Below are positions 1 to 13,900 of a stretch of 47,423 bases of DNA, in pieces. Under the pieces are notes generated by a model that saw nothing but the letters and a program-made list of their open reading frames with translations, was not told the origin of the DNA and ran no database searches. Source of the stretch: Albugo candida (Eukaryota); assembly GCA_040437565.1 (NCBI GenBank), contig JBDOQK010000005.1, positions 868,001 to 915,423 of the forward strand, in the 5' to 3' direction. Made by a program: the position numbers and the translations under genes. Position 1 is the first letter of the stretch; every line of letters begins with the position of its first letter.

Positions 1-3000
1 AAAGTCAGCAAACTCCCTTCGTTTTGCTGCAAATTTATCCAACCATCCACGGTGAACTTACTTAGTAAAGGCCATGACTCTAGATGCATAAGAGTATATG
101 GGTGAAAAGGCATCTTTATCGACAGGGAATGCATTGAGATTAAAGCTGCTTTTAACGGAGCATCATTTGTCAAATAGCTGTCCTGCTGGATCAATTCTCC
201 CGGTGCTGTAGGCAAAAGCCTCTCAAACATTTCACAATCAGCGCACGGAACGGTGCAACCCGCTCCGTCTTGTAAAATACGGTCTGTCAGACGACATATC
301 GCCTTTTCTGTCTGGTACACGCCTCCAAAACATTCAGAACGAGATGCGCAAGCGCTCATGCAGGATGGGAGGCTATTGCAATGCGACACAAGCGCTATCG
401 CGGTAGTTGTTAGGTCACAAGCTCCGCGCTGATTGAATAGAGTTTGAATGAGTTGACCCGCTTTTGCGCTTTCTTCGATAAAAAAATGCTGATTTGGTAG
501 AATCCACGGCTTTTCATTCACGTCTGCGATGATAATGTCAAGCGAGCTCTTCTTCAGTGCACCTTCATGATCCCAAGCGACAATACTAATATTGTAAAAT
601 TCTCGCATCTCATGATCAACAAAGCCTCCAAGCAATATGTAATGCGTAGTAGCATTGATATGATCAAGTCTGAATGTCGTGGTGGTAGTTGATAAAGAGG
701 CATCGAGTGTCTCATTGATGTCTTCGTCGTACAGAACCAGTTGTGCAATCACCGTTCCAATTCCAAGATTCTCAGGTACAATAACGCTTGTCAGCTCGGA
801 AGTACCCTCTGCAGTTAGAAATTTTGCTTCAGGAGGATCATTCCTATCGTCGACCATAATACTTACACTCATGTATGTGAAGTGAAGAGAAGATTTCGCA
901 TTTCGGACCACCACGGTGAGATTGGGGTAATATGACTTGGCCTCGTAGTTGAGATTACTCATAACGGAAATTTGCCCTGACGAATTTGAGATAGTGAACG
1001 GTATATCCGCTGTCATTGTTCGGGCGAATTCAAACAGAAAAAAGTTGGAGCTACCACGTTTTCCGCTGTCTTCATCCCTGCAATGATTCCATAACGCTTC
1101 ACCCACTGGAATTTCGATTACGGCATCCTCGGGAACATTGAAGTCCGCAGTTTGATCACATTGGGGAGACTCTATCTCATTCAAGATCCAAATAGTCGCT
1201 GTGCAAGTGCCAATTAACGGTACAACGGTATCGTCTCTCACTTCAATCTCCAGGATGAATTTTGTTGCTGTTTCAAAATCGGATGTATTCGTACCGACCG
1301 AGAGATCACCGGTCGATTTGCTAATGCGAAACATGTCATACTCGTTGCCATTGAATACTGAATATTCGACCGCATTTCCACCAAGCCCGTCCACAGCGAT
1401 CACATTGCCAATCCAGGATCCAGTCGGAGAGTTTTCAAGCAGAGAAAAGCTCATATCAAAACACTCGGGTGGATAATATGCACCAAAAAGAGCCACCTCA
1501 AGCGTTATCTCTGAGTACATTTGATCAGTTCCACTACTCAGGAAATCAGTCACTTTGACCGTTACATTGTAGCATGTATTGACCTTGATCGTGACAGTTG
1601 GTCGTACCACAAGAACACATAACGTCGGATCCACTTGAGCTTGCAGTTCGAAGCTGGATGCCACATCTTGAGATATTGAGCATTTTCCTCCAGTTTGATC
1701 AACATCTGGATCTACGACGTGTAAGCGAATGGTTGAATACGATTTGGTCCCAAAAAGAAGCTGGGTGATGTTGATTTGGTAGTTCTTCTGGTTGAATACT
1801 GCGTCTGCAAAATAAGGCGGATCAGGGTAGTCTAAAATGACGACATCAAAGCTTGGTTTTGATAAAGCATACAAACCATCAGAATCAACCACTTTTATCA
1901 CGAGTTTGTAGATGTTTATACTATTGATGTCCAACTGACCCGCAACGGAAATAAGGCCGGTATCAACGTTTATACTAAAGTGCCCCAATGGGTCACCACT
2001 CACGACCGAATATAGCAGGGTTTGCGTCTGCCCAAAATCTTCATCATGTGCCGATGCTTTCATCACGAATGATCCCACCATCGCCCGCTCACTTATGGAT
2101 ACCTTCGGAGCTGCGTCCAAAGTTGGAGGATCAGGACCATCTATCACGGTGATCGTATTTGGCCCTGAGCTGGTACAAAGTCCCAAGGGATCACAAGCTT
2201 TGATGTAGACGACAAACACCGTATCATTCAGAGTTTCGTAGTTAAGTGGTATCTTGGCAGCTGTCACAACAATTTGTTTTCCATTCAATATAAATAGATC
2301 ACTGAATCGATTTGAAGCATTCTGANNNNNNNNNNNNNNNNNNNNNNNNNNNNNNNNNNNNNNNNNNNNNNNNNNNNNNNNNNNNNNNNNNNNNNNNNNN
2401 NNNNNNNNNNNNNNNNNNNNNNNNNACCAGTGTCAGAACTGAACGTAGTTGCTATATGATACCATACGCTCTTATCCATGCGATATCGCGTATCCAGACT
2501 TGCACTACCAAGTGTGATTTGCAATGTGTCTGCAGAGTAGATCCACTGTAAGAATAACAACTTTTCTGACCTATTCGTTTGTTTGAGGTACAAAGTCAGC
2601 AAACTCCCTTCGTTTTGCTGCAAATTTATCCAACCATCCACGGTGAACTTACTTAGTAAAGGCCATGACTCTAGATGCATAAGAGTATATGGGTGAAAAG
2701 GCATCTTTATCGACAGGGAATGCATTGAGATTAAAGCTGCTTTTAACGGAGCATCATTTGTCAAATAGCTGTCCTGCTGGATCAATTCTCCCGGTGCTGT
2801 AGGCAAAAGCCTCTCAAACATTTCACAATCAGCGCACGGAACGGTGCAACCCGCTCCGTCTTGTAAAATACGGTCTGTCAGACGACATATCGCCTTTTCT
2901 GTCTGGTACACGCCTCCAAAACATTCAGAACGAGATGCGCAAGCGCTCATGCAGGATGGGAGGCTATTGCAATGCGACACAAGCGCTATCGCGGTAGTTG

Positions 3001-4916
3001 TTAGGTCACAAGCTCCGCGCTGATTGAATAGAGTTTGAATGAGTTGACCCGCTTTTGCGCTTTCTTCGATAAAAAAATGCTGATTTGGTAGAATCCACGG
3101 CTTTTCATTCACGTCTGCGATGATAATGTCAAGCGAGCTCTTCTTCAGTGCACCTTCATGATCCCAAGCGACAATACTAATATTGTAAAATTCTCGCATC
3201 TCATGATCAACAAAGCCTCCAAGCAATATGTAATGCGTAGTAGCATTGATATGATCAAGTCTGAATGTCGTGGTGGTAGTTGATAAAGAGGCATCGAGTG
3301 TCTCATTGATGTCTTCGTCGTACAGAACCAGTTGTGCAATCACCGTTCCAATTCCAAGATTCTCAGGTACAATAACGCTTGTCAGCTCGGAAGTACCCTC
3401 TGCAGTTAGAAATTTTGCTTCAGGAGGATCATTCCTATCGTCGACCATAATACTTACACTCATGTATGTGAAGTGAAGAGAAGATTTCGCATTTCGGACC
3501 ACCACGGTGAGATTGGGGTAATATGACTTGGCCTCGTAGTTGAGATTACTCATAACGGAAATTTGCCCTGACGAATTTGAGATAGTGAACGGTATATCCG
3601 CTGTCATTGTTCGGGCGAATTCAAACAGAAAAAAGTTGGAGCTACCACGTTTTCCGCTGTCTTCATCCCTGCAATGATTCCATAACGCTTCACCCACTGG
3701 AATTTCGATTACGGCATCCTCGGGAACATTGAAGTCCGCAGTTTGATCACATTGGGGAGACTCTATCTCATTCAAGATCCAAATAGTCGCTGTGCAAGTG
3801 CCAATTAACGGTACAACGGTATCGTCTCTCACTTCAATCTCCAGGATGAATTTTGTTGCTGTTTCAAAATCGGATGTATTCGTACCGACCGAGAGATCAC
3901 CGGTCGATTTGCTAATGCGAAACATGTCATACTCGTTGCCATTGAATACTGAATATTCGACCGCATTTCCACCAAGCCCGTCCACAGCGATCACATTGCC
4001 AATCCAGGATCCAGTCGGAGAGTTTTCAAGCAGAGAAAAGCTCATATCAAAACACTCGGGTGGATAATATGCACCAAAAAGAGCCACCTCAAGCGTTATC
4101 TCTGAGTACATTTGATCAGTTCCACTACTCAGGAAATCAGTCACTTTGACCGTTACATTGTAGCATGTATTGACCTTGATCGTGACAGTTGGTCGTACCA
4201 CAAGAACACATAACGTCGGATCCACTTGAGCTTGCAGTTCGAAGCTGGATGCCACATCTTGAGATATTGAGCATTTTCCTCCAGTTTGATCAACATCTGG
4301 ATCTACGACGTGTAAGCGAATGGTTGAATACGATTTGGTCCCAAAAAGAAGCTGGGTGATGTTGATTTGGTAGTTCTTCTGGTTGAATACTGCGTCTGCA
4401 AAATAAGGCGGATCAGGGTAGTCTAAAATGACGACATCAAAGCTTGGTTTTGATAAAGCATACAAACCATCAGAATCAACCACTTTTATCACGAGTTTGT
4501 AGATGTTTATACTATTGATGTCCAACTGACCCGCAACGGAAATAAGGCCGGTATCAACGTTTATACTAAAGTGCCCCAATGGGTCACCACTCACGACCGA
4601 ATATAGCAGGGTTTGCGTCTGCCCAAAATCTTCATCATGTGCCGATGCTTTCATCACGAATGATCCCACCATCGCCCGCTCACTTATGGATACCTTCGGA
4701 GCTGCGTCCAAAGTTGGAGGATCAGGACCATCTATCACGGTGATCGTATTTGGCCCTGAGCTGGTACAAAGTCCCAAGGGATCACAAGCTTTGATGTAGA
4801 CGACAAACACCGTATCATTCAGAGTTTCGTAGTTAAGTGGTATCTTGGCAGCTGTCACAACAATTTGTTTTCCATTCAATATAAATAGATCACTGAATCG
4901 ATTTGAAGCATTCTGA
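1..4916. repeat. Duplication across a 100-N gap (1-2325 = 2592-4916); contig-overlap artefact
   Basis: Constant offset of 2591; identical ORFs at 554/3145, 679/3270 and 1201/3792; gap at 2326-2425. Confidence 0.9.
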
Positions 4917-7900
4917 AGTGTCAGAAACACGTCACTACCTTCGGGGTCCGTGAATAGGTTTGATAAGTCACAAGCTACACTCTTTATCGGTAAATTTTCC
5001 ACAACTGAGCAGTTAAACTCTTTAGCAGTAGGTGCTTCATTGACATCAATAATGCGAACTTGCATCGTTTGTGGTAGAGATTTCGCTCCTACGTTATCGA
5101 TGGCGATCACGGAAATATATAACGTAGAAGTCATTTCATAGTCTACCGGGTAAATCCACAGCAACGCATTCGATGATATCCTTGCCACATTTGTACCATT
5201 TAAGAGCTCGTAGACGATCGTAGACTTCAAGTCCTCGTCAAACCCGAAAGATGATAAATCAGCAACGAGGCAATTTTCTCCGCTACAATGCTCTTCGACG
5301 CTGAATATCGCGGGACGAAGACCAGGAGGATCATTCTCATCAGTAACGCTGATAGAGTACCTACACGTGGTATATAGTTCCACTCTATCGACAAATCGCA
5401 CGCTGAAGTCGACGACGCGGTCGCTTTCATAGTTAAGCGGACGCACTAACCAAAGCTCCCCTTTTCGAATGTCTAATTGAAGGAATGGAGGTCTTGCGTT
5501 AGCAAGAGCAGGATCCAATTTTACGTATGTGCACGCGTCATTGATGTCTGGATCGACAACGAAGTTGCTCATACTGGAAACGAGTATAGGTGTTTTGGTG
5601 TTTTCAGGCACTATGAAAGTAGCTGATGAACATACGGGTGATTCTGCGACATCCAAGATAGAAACCACAACCGTCGTAAAAGCAACAAGGCCACCAGAGT
5701 CAGTGGCTGAGACGTTTAATCTATACAGCGATTGTTGCTCATAATCGAGGGCACCAATAGCCGAGATCAGACCGTTTTGACTGATTGCAAAGTACGACGA
5801 CCCACCGGAAACAAGTTTCAGCATACTGGTGTCAAATGCATCAGGATCCCAGATGGATAATGCCGGTGGTAGTTCTTTCGGTACTAAAGAGTTTTCTTTG
5901 ACTTGAAGTGGTGCACTCGGTGCAATCAGTATTGGAGGTTCGTTGACGTCAATGACATTCACTGTGATCCTGCAGGCAGGGAAAAAGACCATACTGGGAC
6001 TATTTTCTCGTACGAGTAATCGCAATTGGTAGGTGGTTACTTTTTCATAGTCAAGAGCCATGCATAGTGATATCTTTCCTGTACTCAGGTTGAATATAAA
6101 CGGCGTGGAAATATTACAGGAGGTCGATGGCTGTGATGATTGTTCTAGCATGTATCTGAAACCCAAGGGAGCATTAGCGAGAAGAAAGCTTTCCAGCGAC
6201 GTTGCGGCTGGATCGACTTCATTGAAATTCAATACCTGTTCCCTCCCTGCACAGACATGAGACTCAAACGAGTATGAAAATGAACGAATGCCCGATGCAC
6301 AAGTATAGCCGGGTGGGCATGCTTTTATTGCATACCGACGCTCATAGGGCAGGCTCTCAGGTACGGAGTAGTACCCACTTGGAATTTCTACGGCATTGTA
6401 ATTTTTCTTGGTCTGAATCAAAGGCACATCGTGAAAAATGCTGAGGCCATTCGATCCGGGTGGTAATGTCCGAAGTGTAGTCCAGCTGGTAGACAATGAT
6501 AATTTGTTTACCGGATCATATGCACCGAAAAAGATGAAGCTTCCGGGAAGTGAGATCCTTGAATCCATCGGTGCCGCACCAAAGCTTTCAAGAACAGACA
6601 TCAATTCGATTGCCGTTGTGCTGCTAGTGATACTGATACCAATGACTACAGCAATATCGCCGGCCGTGCACGACTTCAAGTCTTTCACTAAAATCACGAC
6701 AGATTCTGTACTGATTTGCTTGCTCATAATGATACTTCCATTCTGACCAGAAATAATTGCATACAAGTAAACGTTTGCACTTTGATATACTTCGTGTATT
6801 TTTCTGTCATTGATGATCAGTTGGTTGCTTGGACACGAGGTGGACACACTACCACAAACTATGCATGAAAGCTGTAGATACACCAAAGACATATCCAGTA
6901 AGTCGCATCGTAAACGATGGAAGGTGTCAAGAAGAGGTGCAACACCTCGACGAAATAGAATACTGCGTTTCCATGTAAACCTGGGTTCTGCTGCCAAAAT
7001 ACGCACCGTTCGAATGCCAGGAGAAGAATGAAAGCTGAAAGTTAGAGTGGCATTCCAACTTCTACCGAGTAAAACATTATCATCTACAGATACGACGACA
7101 CCAGACTCAAATCCAGCCATTGGTAGCTGCATTTCATATAAAAGAGCTTTGCTGTCTTGTGAGCTGAGAAGGCCACGGTCGATATACTTTATTGTAATAT
7201 TATGGCCAAAACCCCGGGTCGTTGCAGGCCAAATAGTGCTGAATGATGCTGGACCTATATCTGTGTAGTCGTATACGTCAAGTGATGTGATGATGCTACT
7301 GCTATCAGATTCAGCTGCGACAATAGATCTTATTAACGCTTGATTGTTTTCCGTAACGTCAGAGAATACTGGAGGTTGATATTGAAGTGGGACAATAGCA
7401 TGCGTTATTGACGCGAGGCCGAAAACGATCTCGGAGCTAGAAGAAGCGGTCATCGGACAGGCACTTATGCTTCCGGAGTCACAGATACATCCATCCGAAC
7501 ATCTTCCTGAGCATAATGGGGTTACTAGACCTTCTTGGTCTCCGTATCGACTAGGAGGACATTGCTGTCGAACCCCATTTTGACAATAAGAGCCGATTGG
7601 GCAAATTAATGTCGCTGACTTTTGTTTTGCTGAGTCAGATCCCACAGAGTAATATCCGGCGGGTACGGTCAGCGGCCCTGTATTCCCTTCGACGCAGTAA
7701 TAATTTGCCGACGGACATGGTCGTAGAGTCGAAAACTGACAACCACCAAGACTCGACATCGTGCTGCCAAGCTGACCGGATGATGAGCAGAAAAACCCGG
7801 CAGGAGTCGGTGAGCACGCCTTCTCACCAGCTTTGGAATAGGATCCATTGTTACAAATGATCAAATCATTTTCTGTCGCGCCATCAATTGCGGTTATGAA

Positions 7901-10900
7901 TCCTTCTGGAGCATTGTTACAGGCTTTGGCTCCTGCTTTCGCATATGTTCCTGCTTCACACTTTATGTATGTTGTGGAGCCTAGTCCGCACCAATATCCA
8001 GCTGGACAAGTCAAGCATGCCGATATATCTAATTTACCACTCAAAGAATTGTAGGTACCGTCTGGACAGAGTTGACACTGTTTCTGTACTGATTGCATGT
8101 ACGAACCAGCAGGACAGGATACACAGGTGCCATCTAATGATTCATAACCCGCTAGACAAGCAGCTTGACGTAAAAGGATCTCAGATCCATCAAAACCATC
8201 ACTACTTCCCCAGACAATACTATCAGACGAAGCACACCATCCCTGAAACCAATTAGCAAAGTTGGAACATACTGAAATTTTACCAAAAGGTGCATTCATG
8301 TCCAACTTGAAATTAGGATTGCAGTCATTGTACCAGAACCCACTTTGTCCATTGCGAGCACAATGAAGTCGGGAATTGAAGTCGTTGTCCGCATCCGGGG
8401 TACTGAAGAAGGTGTTGTTTATGTATTTAAAGGCATCTGGAAGAGTACTTTGTGTAATGTCATAGCCATTAATGCTAAGCATGTACTTATTTGCTTCATT
8501 GTCGACGTGAAAGTATGAATAGTATGCAGTCACATCAATCTGTTTTTTTGAAAGGGATACTTTCAGCTCCAGAGGTACCTTTGACACCTGAGATAGTATT
8601 TCGTTCCCAATCCACCATTCGTTTGTACCAACTCCAAACCCTTCACGATATTCTGTCCATTTACGATTGAAACTAACGCTGCCCCTTCCTCTTCGTTGAG
8701 CTACTAGCCAGCCATGGGAACAATAGGCGCGAAAAGGGTTTTGAGAAGAATCCAGCTTCAGATAGTACAAACCGTCTGGATTTGGATCACCATCTGTATC
8801 ACGCTGTAATTTGATCTGTGCACAAGAACTTGCCGGAGTATCAGGAGACACGCCCAGTGAGTTTCGAAAGGCATAGTCTGCTTCAATCTTCAAACTCGAG
8901 AGGCCGACCGCAGTGATCAAGGAAGAGTCGAAATCATCACCACTACTGAATACAAATCTGAGCTTTATAGACGAAGAAGAGTTACTGATGGATGGGTTTA
9001 CTGAGATTTGATGTTGCGAGTGATATAGCCAGGATTTTGATGATAAAACATTCAGATTCCCCAGTAGCGAGAATAGGCCGTAGCTTGGTCGCAGTAAATT
9101 GTCAAACGGCGAGCAAGGAATTACACCTTCGCTCTCTTGTAGTGTGTCTTTGAGGGGCACTTGCCATACAAGTTTTTCTTGCACGTACAGAAGCATTACA
9201 CTGTTTCCTGAGGTGAATGATTGAGCCCAAAATGGCTTCACTGTTGATGATTGAAGATATAACGTGAATGTAATCCGAGCACGAGAAGAAAGAGGAGGAA
9301 GAGTGAAGACATTTTCAACAAATGCGTTTGCTTTTGTGAATGACCTACCACCGAGTACAAACACGTCGTTGCATAGCTGATAAAGGTTGCGTTCGTTCCA
9401 TGAAGTGGACCAAGTACTCACATCGCGCTTACTATCGAATACATGCTCGAGCACGACCCCTTGGAATACCACTGGTGACACATCGTTAAGTGAGCATAGA
9501 TATACGTCTGTGCTTGATCCGATACCGCTCAGTCCGACCGTGACACCGTCCTCTACACTTTGACCAGAGGCAACGCTATGCATGCCAAGCCATCCCTTTT
9601 TGATTGAAAGTAGATTAACATTGTAAAGCTCATCTTCGGCGTAAGAAGTGTCCCGCAGCCAGTATATGCCTCCATCAGTAGCACTCCACTTGCTTGTTTG
9701 ATCAACTTGACTGGGAATGCTCAAAACTTTATTCAGCAGAGAGTTGGATATTCCTGGAATAAAATCGAAATAGTATGCACCAAATCGCTGATGCATTGCG
9801 GCAAAGTGGGACGGTGACCTCGGGATCGCTGTTGTCATGCCCATTGATTTACATGTATCCATATCACCAGGACCAAAGGTAGACACGCAAGCTATATCGT
9901 CTGAGCCGAAATCACAAGGGGCAATCGTGTAGCCTTTGCCATAGTCAGTAAGCATATCACAGAAAACCCAAAAGAATCCTGTGCTAGTGCTAATTACATA
10001 CATCGCGCTTGACGAAGTCGTATCGTACAGTTTGATCTGTCTGCAACTGGAGGGAATATTGATATGAACGTCTGTGGCTCCAGGAGAATTGAAGTTGTTT
10101 GAACGAAGCACAAAATGTAGCTCTTGCGAGGTGAATGAATAGCATTTGCCATTTTCAAAAATAAATCCAAGACATCCGGTCAAAGATGCTTCACCGTGGC
10201 ATGATATGCGGCAACGCTCTTCAGGAGTATTAGTTGTATCGCATCTGTTCGTCCGAGAGCACGTTGTGATTGGGAGAAGAGGTATCAGATTGTTCTGTGT
10301 GCGTGTAATAGACTCCCAATTTCGGCCTGATAACCTTGTCCACATCTGAAGACTGCTATCAGAGTCTGGAGGGCGTAAGCCCACCGAATGATCGAAATCA
10401 GAATTCAGTTTGATTTGATTTGTGTTCATAAACAGCATGCAGGAGCGTGAAATGTTGTTGAAGCTCAATGTTTTACATAGGTAATGACGATTACATCTTT
10501 CAACGCAGTCGTCATAGCTCAAAAGAGCACCACGTTCCATGACAACAAGTTGACCTTGAGTCATCTTGAGCTGATAGCCAGCCGATGTTGAAGTAGTCAC
10601 GTCCATCGATATTGCTACGATGCTATTCGCGGATGTATCCATAATCGTTTGAATGTTTAAAAATTCGCAACTTCCATTCGTGACTACGTCAGAAGATGAT
10701 GTGAAAGTGCCATCATAAAGATACGTTCCATTCTTTGCTATTCTTGCTATCAGCTTCTCATTTGGAGAGTTTCTACAAATGATAGAGGACACTTTGACGA
10801 TAATAGTGCTCGAAAACTCTGCAAAAACCTGCTGATTGAACAAAGTTATCGGACCTTTTCTGACATTCGTCACATTTCGTAGGCCTTCGATAGTGATTAA

Positions 10901-13900
10901 GGACGCTCCGGGTAAATAGACCGCGCTAGTTCGACCACCGACCATCTTAGCAGGTTTGGATCCCGTATATTTGTATTGAGCAGCTAATGTTGTATTTGTC
11001 TTGTTAATTGATGTTTTGAGCTGGTAAAAAAATGTCCAGTCAACTGGAAGTCCAGAAGGTTGNNNNNNNNNNNNNNNNNNNNNNNNNNNNNNNNNNNNNN
11101 NNNNNNNNNNNNNNNNNNNNNNNNNNNNNNNNNNNNNNNNNNNNNNNNNNNNNNNNNNNNNNATAAAGGTTGCGTTCGTTCCATGAAGTGGACCAAGTAC
11201 TCACATCGCGCTTACTATCGAATACATGCTCGAGCACGACCCCTTGGAATACCACTGGTGACACATCGTTAAGTGAGCATAGATATACGTCTGTGCTTGA
11301 TCCGATACCGCTCAGTCCGACCGTGACACCGTCCTCTACACTTTGACCAGAGGCAACGCTATGCATGCCAAGCCATCCCTTTTTGATTGAAAGTAGATTA
11401 ACATTGTAAAGCTCATCTTCGGCGTAAGAAGTGTCCCGCAGCCAGTATATGCCTCCATCAGTAGCACTCCACTTGCTTGTTTGATCAACTTGACTGGGAA
11501 TGCTCAAAACTTTATTCAGCAGAGAGTTGGATATTCCTGGAATAAAATCGAAATAGTATGCACCAAATCGCTGATGCATTGCGGCAAAGTGGGACGGTGA
11601 CCTCGGGATCGCTGTTGTCATGCCCATTGATTTACATGTATCCATATCACCAGGACCAAAGGTAGACACGCAAGCTATATCGTCTGAGCCGAAATCACAA
11701 GGGGCAATCGTGTAGCCTTTGCCATAGTCAGTAAGCATATCACAGAAAACCCAAAAGAATCCTGTGCTAGTGCTAATTACATACATCGCGCTTGACGAAG
11801 TCGTATCGTACAGTTTGATCTGTCTGCAACTGGAGGGAATATTGATATGAACGTCTGTGGCTCCAGGAGAATTGAAGTTGTTTGAACGAAGCACAAAATG
11901 TAGCTCTTGCGAGGTGAATGAATAGCATTTGCCATTTTCAAAAATAAATCCAAGACATCCGGTCAAAGATGCTTCACCGTGGCATGATATGCGGCAACGC
12001 TCTTCAGGAGTATTAGTTGTATCGCATCTGTTCGTCCGAGAGCACGTTGTGATTGGGAGAAGAGGTATCAGATTGTTCTGTGTGCGTGTAATAGACTCCC
12101 AATTTCGGCCTGATAACCTTGTCCACATCTGAAGACTGCTATCAGAGTCTGGAGGGCGTAAGCCCACCGAATGATCGAAATCAGAATTCAGTTTGATTTG
12201 ATTTGTGTTCATAAACAGCATGCAGGAGCGTGAAATGTTGTTGAAGCTCAATGTTTTACATAGGTAATGACGATTACATCTTTCAACGCAGTCGTCATAG
12301 CTCAAAAGAGCACCACGTTCCATGACAACAAGTTGACCTTGAGTCATCTTGAGCTGATAGCCAGCCGATGTTGAAGTAGTCACGTCCATCGATATTGCTA
12401 CGATGCTATTCGCGGATGTATCCATAATCGTTTGAATGTTTAAAAATTCGCAACTTCCATTCGTGACTACGTCAGAAGATGATGTGAAAGTGCCATCATA
12501 AAGATACGTTCCATTCTTTGCTATTCTTGCTATCAGCTTCTCATTTGGAGAGTTTCTACAAATGATAGAGGACACTTTGACGATAATAGTGCTCGAAAAC
12601 TCTGCAAAAACCTGCTGATTGAACAAAGTTATCGGACCTTTTCTGACATTCGTCACATTTCGTAGGCCTTCGATAGTGATTAAGGACGCTCCGGGTAAAT
12701 AGACCGCGCTAGTTCGACCACCGACCATCTTAGCAGGTTTGGATCCCGTATATTTGTATTGAGCAGCTAATGTTGTATTTGTCTTGTTAATTGATGTTTT
12801 GAGCTGGTAAAAAAATGTCCAGTCAACTGGAAGTCCAGAAGGTTGAAAGAAACGATCATCTGCATGGAATTGCAGTGCCGAACCGGACACGTGTCCGAAC
12901 AAATTATCAACAGAAAATGTAAGATCCAAGTTGAATGACTGAGCTGTAATATCGTTTAAAAATAATCTTCCTGTAAATGAAGCCATTACAACGCCTGGAC
13001 GTTTAATGGTTTGTAAAGTTGTTTCTTTCATGTCGGGTATGGTACCCCAATCAGATCGAGCTGCCAACAGGGTGACCAAAGTTGACGTGCGCGATATGTT
13101 GACGGTGCCTGTAGGTAAAAACGTCATTGACGCACGTGATGATGAATTGAACGTTTCGATATAGATGCAACTGGGGTTCGGAAGAGATCGAAGTCGGACA
13201 TGGTACTGTCCTGCCAATGGTGCAAATTGAAATTGCAATAAACTCCCTCTACGCTCAACATCTCGTTTACAAGTTGCTCGTTCCTGGCCAACAGCCACGT
13301 AAGTTGCTGGATCTCCTTCTAGAGCGGGAGTCCAGTCTGTCAATGCTGTAATCAGATTACGTGTGGTCACGACAGCCAGCGGTGAATTTTCCCGACTAAA
13401 ATAAACACTAGATGCGTCAAAAGTTGCCGAAAAGGCGTAAATTTCGATGACGTGGTATCCGGAACTGATTTGCATGTCTATTTGCAACAACTTTGCATTC
13501 ACATTATCCCAGTATCCGACAGTTCCGATAAAGTCACGCACGACAACTCCGTCGAGAAATATAGCCCCTCCATAGCCTGAGCGGAACGGTAATCCTAAGT
13601 ACCAGCTCCAAGTTGCAAAAATTTTCGAAGTTGATTCCACAATTTCTATTTGTACCACAAAAGCAACATTCTTATTTGCAATCTTTTTCCGTCCGCAAAA
13701 CTCTCGTTTGCTGTTTTGAAAGTTTAATAAGGATGAAACCTCACGCTGACAGACTCCATCGCTTTCCAATGGCTCCGGGTTGTTACCGAAATCGTTTCTA
13801 AAAATTGCTCCTTGCCCCGCCTTATAAGTGGTGTTTGCGAAAAGCTTTGATGTGTACGAAATTCGGACAATAGATCTCGCCTCAACTAGAATATTAAGAA

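Noticed and set aside
1-12845. Apparent tandem duplication of cadherin and PAN blocks, or two cadherin paralogues
   Set aside because: The copies look identical wherever I compared them and sit either side of exactly 100 N, the signature of unmerged contig overlaps.
554-13801. Many short ORFs antisense to or in alternative frames of the cadherin
   Set aside because: They are shadows of the long coding frame with no independent motifs.
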